Shown here in pieces: positions 1 through 13,227 of a stretch of 64,000 nt of DNA. This DNA comes from Malacoraja senta. Taxonomy: Eukaryota. The stretch spans positions 374,001 to 438,000 of the forward strand of contig CM075992.1 in NCBI GenBank assembly GCA_038087875.1, read 5' to 3'. How positions within the stretch are numbered: the stretch's first letter is position 1; each line of letters opens with the position of its first letter. The notes under the pieces are model-generated. The model saw only the letters and a program-made list of their open reading frames with translations, searched no databases and was not told the origin of the DNA. The position numbers and the translations under genes were made by a program.

Positions 1-739
1 CTCGTTGCACGTCTTTGGAGTGTGGAAGGAAACAGAGGCACCCAGTCACAGGGAGAACGTGCAAACTCCACACAGGCAGCAGCAAAAAGTAATTAAATAA
101 TATGCCAAACATAATGCCTAAACCAACTCTGACTTGCCTGCACAAGTTCCATGTTCCTCCGTACCCACACGCATTGTAAAAGTCACTGAAATGCCACTCT
201 GGTATTGGCCTCGACCACCGTGCATCGGTGACCTCCCCGTACAGTACATCTCTGGGGTTACGTCCATTTCCCATCCTATGGATGAGTCCAAGCCAGCGGA
301 GACACTTCTGCTTGAGGATCTATGAAGAACTATACACCGAGTCGTTAGTTGCATTATAGACATTTTTTACGTTAATATCATTATAAATTTACTGATATTT
401 TGATTAATGCATTTTTATGTTGTTGGAATTGGAGGTTTGTTAATCCACAGCAAGAAATAATTTAAATGTTCTGTTGCCTGTACACATGACAATTAAATAA
501 TTAAAACAGTACAATACAAGCACTGGGGGCCTTCGGCCCACAATGTTTGTGCGGAACATAATGCTAAGAACAACTGCACAAATTCCATATCCTTAAGTCC
601 TGCCAAATGCAACTTCTGCATCCCTCCCACCCCCCCCCTCCCACCCTCCCAACCACCGCCACTCTGCAGCATATTTCCAGGCACTCACCACTCTCTACGT
701 GAAAAACCCTGCCTCACACATCTCCTCTGCTCAATCCTA

Positions 740-1160
740 TATAACTGTATCTCCCATTTCCTAATCAGCAGACCACAATCAGCCTTAGGTCCTCCATCAG
801 CAGAAATGGGCAACACCTTCTCCTCTGTAACCAACACAGGACCAGCTCAAGGCTGTGTGCTCAGTCCCCTGCTCTATGACCAGGACTGCACAGCCAGACC
901 ATTCCAATGCCGTCTTTAAATTTCATGGAAGATTCCACCGTTGTTGGACAAATGATGGGTAATGACGAGTCAGAGTATAGGAGAGAGATTGATAATCTGA
1001 GGGAATGCTGCCAGTGCAGACGTTTGTTCTCAATGTCCGCAGGACAACAGAGCTATTTGTTGACCTCAGGAGAAAGCCGCAGATCCACAAACTTGACTTC
1101 ATTGATGGGACAGTGGTGGAGAAAGTTATGTTCCAAGATCCTGCTTCAAGTTCCTGGGCG
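740..1160 (+). mobile_element. Rex1/Babar-like LINE RT fragment
   Basis: QGCVLSPLLY, DSTVVG...DESEYRREI, LNV..T.EL.VD.R motifs across frames. Confidence 0.65.
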
Positions 1161-1299
1161 TTTGGTTACCATATCTCTGTCCTGCTTCCGACGTGGGTCC
1201 CATTTTGTTCTCCACATCACTCCTCGTCCAACCTCCGACACCCACCGCGGGCCCGTCCTAGGCTGCCCACCGCCGGGTCCTCTCTTGGGTCCTCTCCCA

Positions 1300-2230
1300 T
1301 TCATTTACTGTTCTTGATGCAGGTAAGTCGCCCAAGCTTCACTGCTGTACAGTAACGTGTTCAACACTCACGTGTTGTAGACAGTTACCTTGGTCTTCAT
1401 TGTGAGTTTCCTGTTCTTCCATGTCCACTTGCTTAGTCTCCCGAAGGTGGGTGTTGTAGAGGAAGGTGTTTTACTGTATGTGAATTAGTTTCCTCATCCA
1501 GAGAGTGGCTGTCAGTCACCGTAGATCCTAGGTGGGTGAATTAGACATTTTCCAGTGGAGTGGTGTTTATGGTGATTTCAGAGGGGAGTGGAATGCCCTG
1601 ACCCATGACAACAGTCATCTTAACGCTGATTGCCAGTTGGCCTTTGGTGCAAGCACGAGACAGTCTGTCCATCAGCCCCTGAAGTCCTTCTTCTTTTGGG
1701 GAACTGAGTGCAGCATCATCAGCGGGCTGGAGTTCACTTACAAGCACAGTTCTCACAGAAGTCAAAGGACAGAAAGGCAGATCGGAAGATGCCGAACAAC
1801 ATGGGAGTTGGGACACAGCCTTGCTTCACTCCACTTCTCATGGGGAAACTGTCCGATGTAGCTTCATCAAATTCCCCTGTAGATGCATGTTCTCATGGAA
1901 GGACCAAGTGAGATTTAGAAGACGTGGTGGACATCTACTGTTCTCCAGTAGAGGCCGTATCTGCTGACAGAATCAAAAGCTTTCGTACATCCACAAAGGC
2001 GATGAACAATGGGGTTTGCTGGATTTGACGCAGGGAGAAGATCATGTCCATTGTGGATCTATCTCCATGGAAACCACATTGTGCCTCAGGTCAGCGAGTC
2101 TGTGCCGTCTTTGTAGGATCACTCTGGCAAAGGCCTTTCCTGTAGCACTCAGAAGTGAGATGTCCCTGTAGTTGGTGCACTCGCTGTGATCTCCCTTGTC
2201 CTTGTGCAGTGTGACGATGTTGGTGTCCAT
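1300..2230 (-). mobile_element. RTE-clade LINE RT fragment
   Basis: NYRDISLLSATGKAFARVIL, GVKQGCV, ELQPADDAAL. Confidence 0.8.
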
Positions 2231-5200
2231 CAGCCCCTGAAGTCCTTCTTCTGTTGGGGTGATGAGTGACCAATGTGGTCCCAACAGTCCCTCTTTCTTC
2301 TCGGCGGCGTGTCCTCGACCGACCTCCGGCACCCACCGCGGGCCTGTCCTTGACCCTTGTTCTCGGCGGGCACTTTGGCCACTGGGCTCGTCCTTGTTCG
2401 CGGGACCGCCGGCCGAGTCTGGTGTTGACCGGCTCCGTGCTGACGGCCGGGTCGGCTCCAGCACGGCTGCGTGGCGCTCACCGGGAGGTTCCCTCATCAA
2501 CACAGCAGGGTCAGGTGTGATGAAGCCTCTGCGTGCCACCCCTGGTCCGTGGCCGTCTCTTCAGATCTTGTCCTCTGGTCAATCTCAGGAACATTCCCTC
2601 CGAACTCCTGCAGGAAAATGCCACTGGGGCTGATGATGTCAGAGCCAGACGAGTTTGACAAATTTCTTAAACACCATGCATTCTCACGTGCAACAGATCA
2701 CTGCCAGTTGTACCGGGAAATGTTGACGATGAAATCCCAAATACAGACGAGAACGCGGGTGGGGAAGAGGTTGTAGCTCTTTCACGTGGCTCTTAAAAGG
2801 GCCTTTGTTGGACGGAGTGAGAAATTCCGGTGCGGTCCCCTCCGATGTGGCTTCATATCCGATGGTTTTACACGAACGGCATTCGGGTTCCTGACATCCA
2901 TATTCAGGCTTTTGTTGCGTGCTATCCAATCCCTCTTGGGGTTGCACGGGAGAATCCAAGGCGTTTAAGAAATTTGTCAAACTCATCCAGCTCTGACTCA
3001 TCATCCCCCCCAGTGGCATTAACCTGCAAGTCTTTGGAGGGAAAGTTCCTCGCAAACAGCTGGCGACCACATCAGTCGGCAGATGTTTCATGCTTTCCAC
3101 TTCACACCGTCTGGAGGAGATCTGGGGCGACAGGAAGTCCCACCAAGTTGTTCCTCAACAGCTTCTCCAGCGCCAGGTATGGAAGGTCGCATAGAACGTG
3201 GAGTAAGATTGGCCTTTGGGATCTTCAATGTTCTGCCATTCAAGTCAACGGTGATCATCAAATTGGCCATTTCCAGTCGTCAGAATCCAACCTGGTAAAT
3301 GGAGACAAGAATGGAATCTTGAAGGGTCCCGATCCAAACATCTTCTTGTCCATTCCCTTCACAGATGCTGTCTGACCCACTGAGTTCCTCCAGCAGTTTT
3401 CTACTCCAACTTCGCTGACAGCCGAGCTCTAAAAACACATCTCCATCACGGTCTTCCACTGAGAGCAGTTTACAGAGGATCAGCTCCACATTCCCAGTGA
3501 CACCAGATCTTCCTCAGCAACACAGCAGAGTCAGGTGTGATGAAGCTTCTGTGTGCCAGCCCTGGTCCATGGCCGTCTCGTCAGATATTGTCCTCTGGTC
3601 AATCACAGGATACATGGCAGATGGTCAATGACCTCAGGACGGGAAAGCCGAGAATCCACAAACTTGTCTTCATTCATGGGACAGTGGTGGAGAACGTTAT
3701 GTTGCAAGTTCCTGGTTGTCCATATCTCTGAAGATCTGTCCTGGGTCCAGCACATCAATGCAATCACACACAAAACTTATGATCACCTCTAAGCTTTCGT
3801 AACATCCACAAAGTCGATGAACATGGGGTTTGCTGCTCTTGACATTTTCCTTGGATTTGACGCAGGGAGAAGATCATGTCCATTGTGGATCTACCTCCAT
3901 GGAAACCGCATTGTGCCTCAGGTCAGCGAGTCTGTGCAGTCTTTGCAGGATCACTCTGGCAAAGGCCTTTCCTGTAACACTCAGAAGTGAGATGTCCCTG
4001 TAGTTGGTGCACTCCCTTGTTCTTGTACAGTGTGACGATGTTGGTGTTACGCATGTGTTATGCAGAAACTGCTCAGTCCGTCACAGGTGATGATCTCTTC
4101 ACCATCAAAGGGATCTGCAGGAGATGCTACGTGCAAAAGGCAGCTAATATCAAAGACCCACACCACCCTACCAGTGTGAAAAGCCAACAGAAGCAGGGAA
4201 ACTGATCTCCATGTTCAAGAGCAGCTTCTTCCCAGCAATTACAAGCCTCTCGAACACTGCACAACATGAACCACAACGATGAGATATTATGGACTGCGTC
4301 TTTTGCTGCCCGACAGATATTTACATTAGCATTCAATTATCAATTTCCTGGATTTTAATTTGTTAGTTATCTGTGTGTCATTGCACTACGCTCCCATTAT
4401 TTTGTTCAGAAGCTCAAAAATCATGACCTCCAGGTTCAGGAACAGCTTCTTCCAGCAACCATCAGGCTCTTGAACACTGCCCGACACAAACCACATCTAT
4501 GAACTGTGAAGAACTATGGACGGAGTCTTTGGTTGCATTACAGACATGTTTACAGTAGTATCGTGAGTATAAATTTACTGAAATGTAAATTAATGTATTT
4601 TTGTGTTGTTGCAATTACAGGCTTGTTAATCTACAGCAAGAAAAACATCCCCCCCCCCCACACACCCCCTCCCCCACAACCTCCCTCCTGCCCACACACC
4701 CCCCGCCCACAACCTCCCTCCCTCGCCAACAACCCCCCTCCCCCACCCACAGACACCCCCCACCCACACACCCCTCTCCCCTGACCACACAATCCTCCCC
4801 ACACAAACCCAACCAACACCTCTCCCTTACGCACACCCCACCCCCTCCACAATGCTCGCTGCCCCTCCTCCCTCTCCCTGCACTCCCCCTCAACAGACCC
4901 CCTCCCCTCCAACACACACCCTCACCTCCCCTCTCCCCTTCCCCCCACACCTCTCCCCACCCACACACCCCTACCTCCCGCCCACACAACCCTGCCCTCT
5001 GCGGCTCCAAACACTCACTGCCCCCTTCCCTCACTCCTCCCCTCCCCCACACGCACACCCCCTCCCACACACCCACCCACCACAACCCCCCTCCCACACA
5101 CACCCCGCCAACACAACAACATAGGAATCCTGCATTTACAAACTGAGACTTGAATAAAGGCACCAAACCTGGCCTCTCTGTCTACTATCTCAATCTACTA

Positions 5201-5597
5201 CTGTTATACACTTGTACCGTATCCGAGATGCTTATTTAAGATTTGTCATAGTGATTATGTATGGTGATACATGTACTAAACTGTATACAGAAATGAATTT
5301 CACTTTAGCTCGGTAAATATGACTAATAAAGAACCATTGAACATTTATAAGCACAGTTCCTACCTTGGTCTTGGCTTTCAGCGTTGCTAGAATGAAGAGG
5401 TTCCTGTCGCTTCTAGTGTAATTAAGTAAGTAAGTTTATTGGCCAAGTATTCACATACAAGGAATTTGCCTTGGTGCTCTGCCCACAAGTAACAAGTGTG
5501 AAGATACGCTCCTTCTGTGTCAGTCGTGAAGACAAAGGACAGAGGGCAGATAGGAAGATGCCGAACAGCATGGGAGCTGGGGCACAACCTTTGCTTC

Positions 5598-6893
5598 AAT
5601 AGACAATAGGTGCTGGAGTAGGCCATTGGGCCCTTCGAGCCAGCACCGCCATTCAATGTGATCATGGCTGATCATCCACAATCAGTACCCCGTTCCTGCC
5701 TTCTCCCCGTATCACCTAGACTCCGCTATCTTTAAGAGCCCTATCTAGCTCTCTCTTGAAAGTATCCAGAGAACCAGCCTTCACCGTCCTCTGAGGCAGA
5801 GAATTCCACAGACTCACAACTGTCTGTGAGGAAAAAGTGTTTCCCCATCTCCGTTCTAAATGGCTTACCCCTTATCCTTAAACTGTGGCCACTGGTTCTG
5901 GACTCCCTCAACATCGTCTCTAGAGTACCTAAACCCTTAATAATCTTAATATGTTACAATAAGATTCCCTCTCATCTTTCTAAATTCCAGAGTATACAAG
6001 CCCAGCAGCTCCATTCTCTCAGCATATGACAGTCCCGCTATACCGGGAATTAACCTTGTAAACCTACGCTGGGCTCCCTCAATAGCAAGAATGTCCTTTC
6101 TCAAATTTGGAGACGAAAATTACACACAATACTACAGGTGTGGTCTCACTGGGGCCCTGTACAACTGCAGAAGGATCTCTTTGCTCCGTTACACAACTCC
6201 TCTTGTTATGAAGGCTAACATGCCATTCGCTTTCTTCGCTGCCTGCTGCACCTGCATGCTTACTTTCATTGACTAATGAACATGGACCCCCAGATCCCGT
6301 TGTACTTCCCCTTTTCCCAACTTGACACCATCTGGATAATAATCCGCCTTTCTGTTTTTGATACCAAAGTGGATAACCTCACATTTATCCACATTAAACT
6401 GCATCTGCCATGCATCTGCCCACTCGCCCAACCTGTCCAAGTCACCCTGCATTCTCATAGCACCCTCCTCACAGTTCACACTGCCACCCGGCTTTGTGTC
6501 ATCTGCAAATTTGTTAATGTTACTTGTAATCCCTTCAACTAAATCATTCATATATATTGTAAATAGCTGCAGTCCCAGCACCAAGTTTTGCGGAACCCCA
6601 TTAGTCACTGCCTGCCATTCTGAAAGGGACCCGTTAATCCCTACTCTTTGTTTCCTGTCTGCCAACCAATTTTCTATCCAAGTCAGCACTCTACCCCCAA
6701 TACCATGTGCCCCAGTTTTGCCCACTAATCTCCTATGTGGGACCTTATCAAATGCTTTCAGAAAGTCCAGGTACACTACATCCACTGGCTCTCCCTTGTC
6801 CATTTTCCTAGTTACATCCTCAAAAAATTCCAGAAGATTAGTCAAGCATGATTTCCCCTTCGTAAATCCATGCTGACTCGGACCGATCCTGTT
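5598..6893 (-). mobile_element. CR1 LINE, RT and 3' end (degenerate)
   Basis: QHGFTKGKSCLTNLLEFF, YLDF.KAFDKVPH, GVPQ, KFADDTK motifs. Confidence 0.92.
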
Positions 6894-6894
6894 C

Positions 6895-8284
6895 AGGGCC
6901 AGTCCCACTTGGGCGACAGCCTGAAAAGAGGTGGTCGGGTCGTGACATGGCGTGACGTGCGGTGTCTCCCTGTTGCCCCTGGATTTTGAAATGTTCAAAA
7001 TCCAGGGGCGACATCTGGGTGTCTCATCATGTCGTGCGCCCTGTCACACGCTGACGTATGCTGTCCTGCGGGTGACACCCGGTTAGGGTTAGGGACCACA
7101 GATGGGCTGTAAAATATTCTTCCTTCAATGCATGGATTTTAAACATTAATATATTAAAATTAATACAATAAAATCAATTGTGTAAATGAAAAGATGTCCG
7201 AGTCGTTCAGTTTTATTTATAGATGTATTCGTCTACTTCCAGATCCAATCACCGTCTCTAACTTTTCACAGGGAAAGCCCGCTGCCTCTGGGGGTTTGGA
7301 GACCATTGGAAGAGAGATCTGCCCTCTGGGACAACTCGTGGCCAACAGTTTAGTTCCCATGAGGAGCAGGCAGAACATTGGGAGTTTGAGTATAAGCCCT
7401 GGGGCCCCTGTGCCACATTTAGTTCAGAGATACCGTGCCCTTCGGCCCACCGAGTCCGCACCGACCAGCGATCCCGCGCACACTCTCCCACACATGCTAG
7501 GGACAACTTATAGTTAAACCAAGCCTATCTACCTAGAGTTAGAGTTAGTGTTAGTGTTATGGTTAGGGTTAGTGTTAGGGATACGGTTAGGGTTAGTGTT
7601 AGTGTTAGGATTAGGGCTAGGATTTGTATAAATTGTCCCTAGCGTGTTGGATAGTGTGCGGGTATTCGCTGATCGCAGGCTGGGTCCACAAATGGGGGCA
7701 TTGAGGAAAGTGGGAGGGGGGGGTTGGAGAATGGGAGAAGGGAGGGAGAGGGGAGAAGGGGATGTGAGGGTAGGGGGTGGGAGTGAAGAAGGGGGAGAAC
7801 AGTGGAGCGGGGAGAAGGGAGGAAGAGGGGGGAAGGGAAGAAGGGGGGAGAGGGGAGGGGGGGTAGTGGAGAAGGAGGGATGGGGCGGGAGGGGGGGAAG
7901 AGGGGGGTGGAGGGGAGAGGGGAGTTCAGTCTACATTCACTGAATCCATCCCTGTGAAAAGTTAGAGACGGTGATTAGATCTAGAAGCGGACCAATACAT
8001 CTGTACATAAAACTGAACGACTCAGACATCTTTTCATTTGCACAATTGATTTTATTGTATTCATTTTTATATATTAATGTTTAAAATCCATGCATTGAAG
8101 GAAGAACATTTTGCAGCCCATCTCTGGTCCCTAACCCAAACCCTAACACTGATCCTAACCCTAACCGGGCATCACCCGTAGGACAGCATACGTCAGCGTG
8201 TATGTCGTACAACTTGACGGTTTTACGGGCACCAGTCACTGACGCTCGCAGTCACCGAAAAAATCGCAAAGTGGTACAGGCCCT
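6895..8284. mobile_element. PIF/Harbinger-like non-autonomous TIR element inserted into CR1 ORF2
   Basis: Ends AGGGCCAGTCCCACTT...AAGTGGTACAGGCCCT. It splits the CR1 codons HLDS|NRIGPSQHG. TTA is retained next to the TIR in the copy at 12149. Confidence 0.65.
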
Positions 8285-9812
8285 GGACTATCCAAATGTG
8301 CTGCTATTTCATCTTTTATAATTGACTCCAGCATCTTCCTCACAGCCGATGTCAGGCTAACTGGTCTATAATTCCGTTTTCTCTCTCCGTCTTTCCTAAA
8401 AAGTGGGATAACATTAGCTACACGCCAATCCACAGAAACTGATCTTGAATCTATAGAACATTGGAAAATTATCATTAATGCATCCACAATTTCTAGAGCC
8501 ACTTCCTTAAGTATCCTTAGATGCAGACCATCAGGCCCTGGGGATTTTTCAGCCTTCAGTCCCATCAGTTTATCCAACACCATTTCATGCCTAATATGGG
8601 TTTCTTCAGTTGCTCCGTCACCCCAGATCCTCTGGCCACTAGAACATCAGGAAGTTTGTTTGTGTCTTAGAAACATAGAAACATAGAAACATAGAAAGTA
8701 GGTGCGAGAGTAGACCACCAGGCCCATCGAGCCCGCACCGCCATTCGCTCATGGCTGAACACCAAACAGACACCCTTACCCACAAACAGTAGACACAAGA
8801 CACAGAACACAAGACACTACCCTCCCCTTTATATCGCTATCACCCCTCTCCACCCCAAGAACCGCGTGATCTCCTGGGGGAGGCAAAAACCGGATAAAAA
8901 CCCAGGTCCAATTCGGGAAAAAAATCCGGGAAATTCCTCTCCGACCCCAATCCAGGCGATCGACCCTTGTCCAGGAGATCACTCAGGTCTTACTATACTA
9001 ACCATACCTAGGTCCATATCCCTGCCCTCTCCCCGTAGCCCCTTATCCCCTTGGCAGCTAAAAAACCATCTATTTTAGACTTAAATATATTTAATGTTTC
9101 TGCTTCACTGCTCCCTGGGGCAGTGAATTCCTTAGTGAAGATGGATCCAAACTACCTGTTCAACTCATCTGCCATTTCCTTATTCCCCATAATATATTCA
9201 CCCTTTTCAGTCTTCAAGGGTCCAACTTTGGTCTTAACTATTTTTTCCTCTTGGCTAGCTTACCTTCGTACCTCATCTTTTCTCCACGTATTGCCTTTTT
9301 AGTTATCTTCTGTTGCTCTTTAAATGTTACCCAATCCTCCAGCTTCCTGCTCATCTTTGCTATGTTATACTTCTCTTTTATTTTTATACTATCCCTGACT
9401 TCCCTTGTCAGCCACGGTCGCCCCTTACTCCCTTTGGAATCTTTCTTCCTATTTGGAATGAACTGCTCCTGCACCTTCTGTATTATTCCCACAAATACCT
9501 GTCATTGTTGTTCCACTGACATCCCTGCTGGGATATCTTTCCAGTCAACTTTGGCCAGCTCCTCCCTCATGGGCTCCATAGTCCCCTTTGTTCAACTGTA
9601 ATACTGACACCTCCGATTTACCCTTCTCCCTCTCCAATTGTAGATTAAACTTGACCATATTATGGTCACCTCCTCCTAATGGCTCCTTTACCTTGAGTTC
9701 CCTTGTCAAATCGGGTTCATTACACAACACTAAATCCAGAATTGCCTTCTCCCTGGTAGGCTCCAGTACAAGCTGCTCTAAGAATCCACCACGGAGGCAC
9801 TCCACAAACTCC
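8285..9812 (-). mobile_element. CR1 LINE ORF2 (endonuclease end and tether), upstream part of the element at 5598-6893
   Basis: FLEQLVLEPTREKAILDLVL, LG..DHN, KSPGPDGLH, NYRPVSLTS motifs. Confidence 0.9.
8667..9110 (-). mobile_element. CR1-type 3' end nested in the CR1, with (CTATGTTT)n tail
   Basis: (tagaaaca)x3 at 8668-8696; absent from the homologous positions at ~18855, ~42480 and ~45760. Confidence 0.7.
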
Positions 9813-10854
9813 CAACTTGAACACTGCCCAACACAAACCACATCTATGAACTGTGAAGAACTATGGACGAAGTCTTTGGTTGCATTAGAGACATGTTTAC
9901 AGTAGTATCGTGAATATAAATTTATTGGAATGTAAATTAATGCATTTTTGTGTTGTTGCAATTACAGGCTTGTTAATCTACAGCAAGAAAAACATCCCCC
10001 CCCCCACCCCACACCGCTCCCCCTCCCACATCCTCCCTCCCCCCCAGCCCCTCCCCCCATACCTCACACCTGCCCACACACCCTCCCTCTCCGGCTCCAT
10101 TGCTCGTTGCCCCCCTCCCTCCCTCCGCACTCCCCTCCCCCCCCACACACACACACCCCTCCCCCACACAACCTTTTCCCTCCTCCCACATCCTCCATCC
10201 TCCCGCACCCCCTCCCCCACACACACCTCTCACCCCCACCCACTCCCCCCCACACCCCCTCCCCCCACACACCCCTCCCCCCACAAACACAGCCCTTCCC
10301 CTCCTCCCTGCAACCCCCACCACACACCCCTTCCCCTACAGCCCCCTCCCCCTCACAACGCGTCCCCGCCGACCCACACACCCCCCCACTCCGGCTCAAC
10401 AATGCTCGCTGCCCCCCACCCACACACACACACACACACCCCGCCAACACAAGAACCCTGCCCTTACAAACTGAGACTTGAATAAAGGCACCAAACCTGG
10501 CCTCTCTGTCTACTATCTCAATCTACAACTGTTATACACTTGTACCGTATCCGAGATGCTTATTTAAGATTTGTCATAGTGATTATGTATGGTGATACAT
10601 GTATTAAAGTGTATACAGAAATGAATTTCACTTTAGCTCGGTAAATATGACTAATAAAGAACCATTGGATATTTATAAGCACAGTTCTTACCTTGGTCTT
10701 GGCTTTCAGCGTTGCTAGAATGAAGAGGTTCCTGTCGCTTCTAGTGTGAAGATTCGCCCCTTCTGTGTCAGTCGTGAAGACAAAGGACAGAGGGCAGATA
10801 GGAAGATGCCAAAGAGCATGGGAGCTGGGACACAACCTTGCTTCAATAGGCAAC

Positions 10855-12150
10855 AGGTGCAGGAGTAGGCCATTCGGCCCTTCGAGCCAGTACCGTCATT
10901 CAATGTGATCATGGCTGATCATCCACAATCAGTACCCTGTTCCTGCCTTCTCCCCATATCCCTTGACTCTGATATCTTTAAGAGCGCTATCTAGCTCTCT
11001 CTTGAAAGTATCTAGAGAACCGGCCTCCACCGCCTACTGAGGCAGAGAATTCCACAGACTCACAACTCTCTGTGTGAAAAAGTGTTTCCCCATCTCTGTT
11101 CTAAATGGCTGATCCCTTATTCCTAAACTGTGGCCCCTGGTTCTGGACTCCCCCAACATCGGGAACATGTTTCCTGCCTCTAATGTGCCCAAACCCTTAC
11201 TAATCTTATATGTTTCAATAACATCCCCTCTCATCTTTCTAAATTACAGAGTGTACAAGCCCAGCCGCTCCATTCTCTCAGCATATGACAGTCCCGCCAT
11301 CCCGGGAATTAACCTTGTAAACCTACGCTGCACTCCCTCAATAGCAAGAATGTCCTTCCTCAAATTTGGAGACCAAAACTGCACACAATACTCCAGGTGT
11401 GGTCTTACTAGGGCCCTGTACAACTGCAGACGGACCTCTTTGCTCCTTTACACAACTCCTCTTGATATAAAGGCCAACATGCCATTCGCTTTCTTCACTG
11501 CCTGCTATACCTGCATGTTTACTTTCATTGACTGATGAACAAGGACCCCCAGATTCCGTTGTACTTCCCCTTTTCCCAACATGACACCATTTAGATAATA
11601 ATCTGTCTTCCTGTTTTTGGGACCAAAGTGGATAACCTCACATTTATCCACATTAAACTGCACCTGCCATGCATCTGCCCACTTGCCCAACCTGTCCAAG
11701 TCACCCTGCATTCTCATAGCATCCTCCTCACAGTTAACACTGCCACCCAGCTTTGTGTCATCTGCAAATTTGCTAATGTTACTTATAATCCCTTCACCTA
11801 AATCGTTAATATATATTGTGAATAGCTGCAGTCCCAGCACCAAGCATTGCGGTACCCCACTAGTCCGTCTGCCATTCTGAAAGTGACCCGTTAATCCCTA
11901 CTCTTTGTTTCCTGTCTGCCAACCAATTTTCTACCCATGTCAGCACTCCACCCCCAATACCATGTGCCCCAATTTTGCCCACTAATCTCCTATGTGGGAC
12001 CTCATCAAATGCTTTCTGAAAGTCCAGGTACACTACATCCACTGGCTCTCCCTTGTTCATTTTCCTAGTTACATCCTCAAAAAATTCCAGAAGATTAGTT
12101 AAGCATGACTTCCCCTTCGTAAATCCATGCTGACTCGGACCGATCCTGTT
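10855..12150 (-). mobile_element. CR1 LINE RT and 3' end (unit 2)
   Basis: YLDFQKAFDEVPH, KFADDTKLGG. Confidence 0.92.
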
Positions 12151-13227
12151 AAGGGCTTGTTCCAACTTGGGCGACATTTTTGGCGGCAGCCTAAAAAGAG
12201 GTTGTCGGGTCGTGACGCAGCGTGATGCGTGGTGAGGCATCTAGTGACGTGCAGTGTCTCCCCTCGATTTTGGAATGTTCAAAATCCAGGAGTGCCATCT
12301 GGGTGTCTCATCATGTCGTGCACCTTGTCACACGCTGACGTATGATGTCCTGCGGGTGACGCCCGGTTAGGGACCACCGATGGGCTGTAAAATATTCTTC
12401 ATTCAATGCATGGATTTTAAACATAATTTTAAATATATTAAAATTAATACAATAAAACCAATTGTGCAAATGAAAAGATGTCTGAGTCCTTCAGTTTTAT
12501 TTACAGATGTATTGGTCTGCTTCCAGATCCAATCACCGTCTCTAACTTTTCAGAGGGAAAGTCCGCTGCCTCTGGGGGTTGGAGAGACCATTGGAAGAGA
12601 GTTCTGCCCTCTGGAACAGTTTAGTTCCCATGACGAGCAGGCAGAACATTGGGGGTTCGAATCCAAGCCCTGGGGCCCCTGTGTCACAGTTAGTTCAGAG
12701 ATACAGTGGCCTTGGACCCACCGAGTCCGCACCGACCAGCTTATACTTATGCCAAGCTTATCAACCTAGAGTTAGGGTTAGGGTTAGGTTTAGTGTTAGG
12801 GTTCGGGTTAGGGTTAGTGTTAGGACTAGGGTTTGTATAAATTGTCCCTAGCGTGTGTGGGATAGTGTGCGGGTATTCGCTGGTGGAAGACCTGGTCCAC
12901 AAATGGGGGGCATCAGGGAAAGTCTGCGGGGGGTGGGAGAATGGGAAAAGGGAGGGAGAGGGGGAGAAGGGAGGTAGATGGGGAAGGGAAGAAGGGGGGG
13001 AGGGGAGAAGGGTAGGGGGGTAGTGGAGAAGGAGGGATGGGCCGGGAGGGGGGGAAGAGTGGAGAGGGGAGCTCAGTCTTTATTCACTGAATTCATCTCT
13101 GTGAAACGTTAGAGACGGTGATTGGATCTGGAAGCGGACGAATACATCTGTAAATAAAACTGAACGACTCAGACATCTTTTCATTTGCACAATTGATATT
13201 AATGTATTATTAATTTTAATATATTAA

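Noticed and set aside
2620..3300. Protein-coding ORFs of 101-181 aa (mirrored at 47570-48270)
   Set aside because: Frames are not preserved between the two arms; possibly decayed retroelement sequence that I cannot classify
4506..5166. Pro/His- or Gly/Val-rich ORFs (also at ~9.9-10.5, 15.3, 36.1, 41.2 and 46.1 kb)
   Set aside because: Low-complexity C/G tracts; frames are not conserved between unit copies
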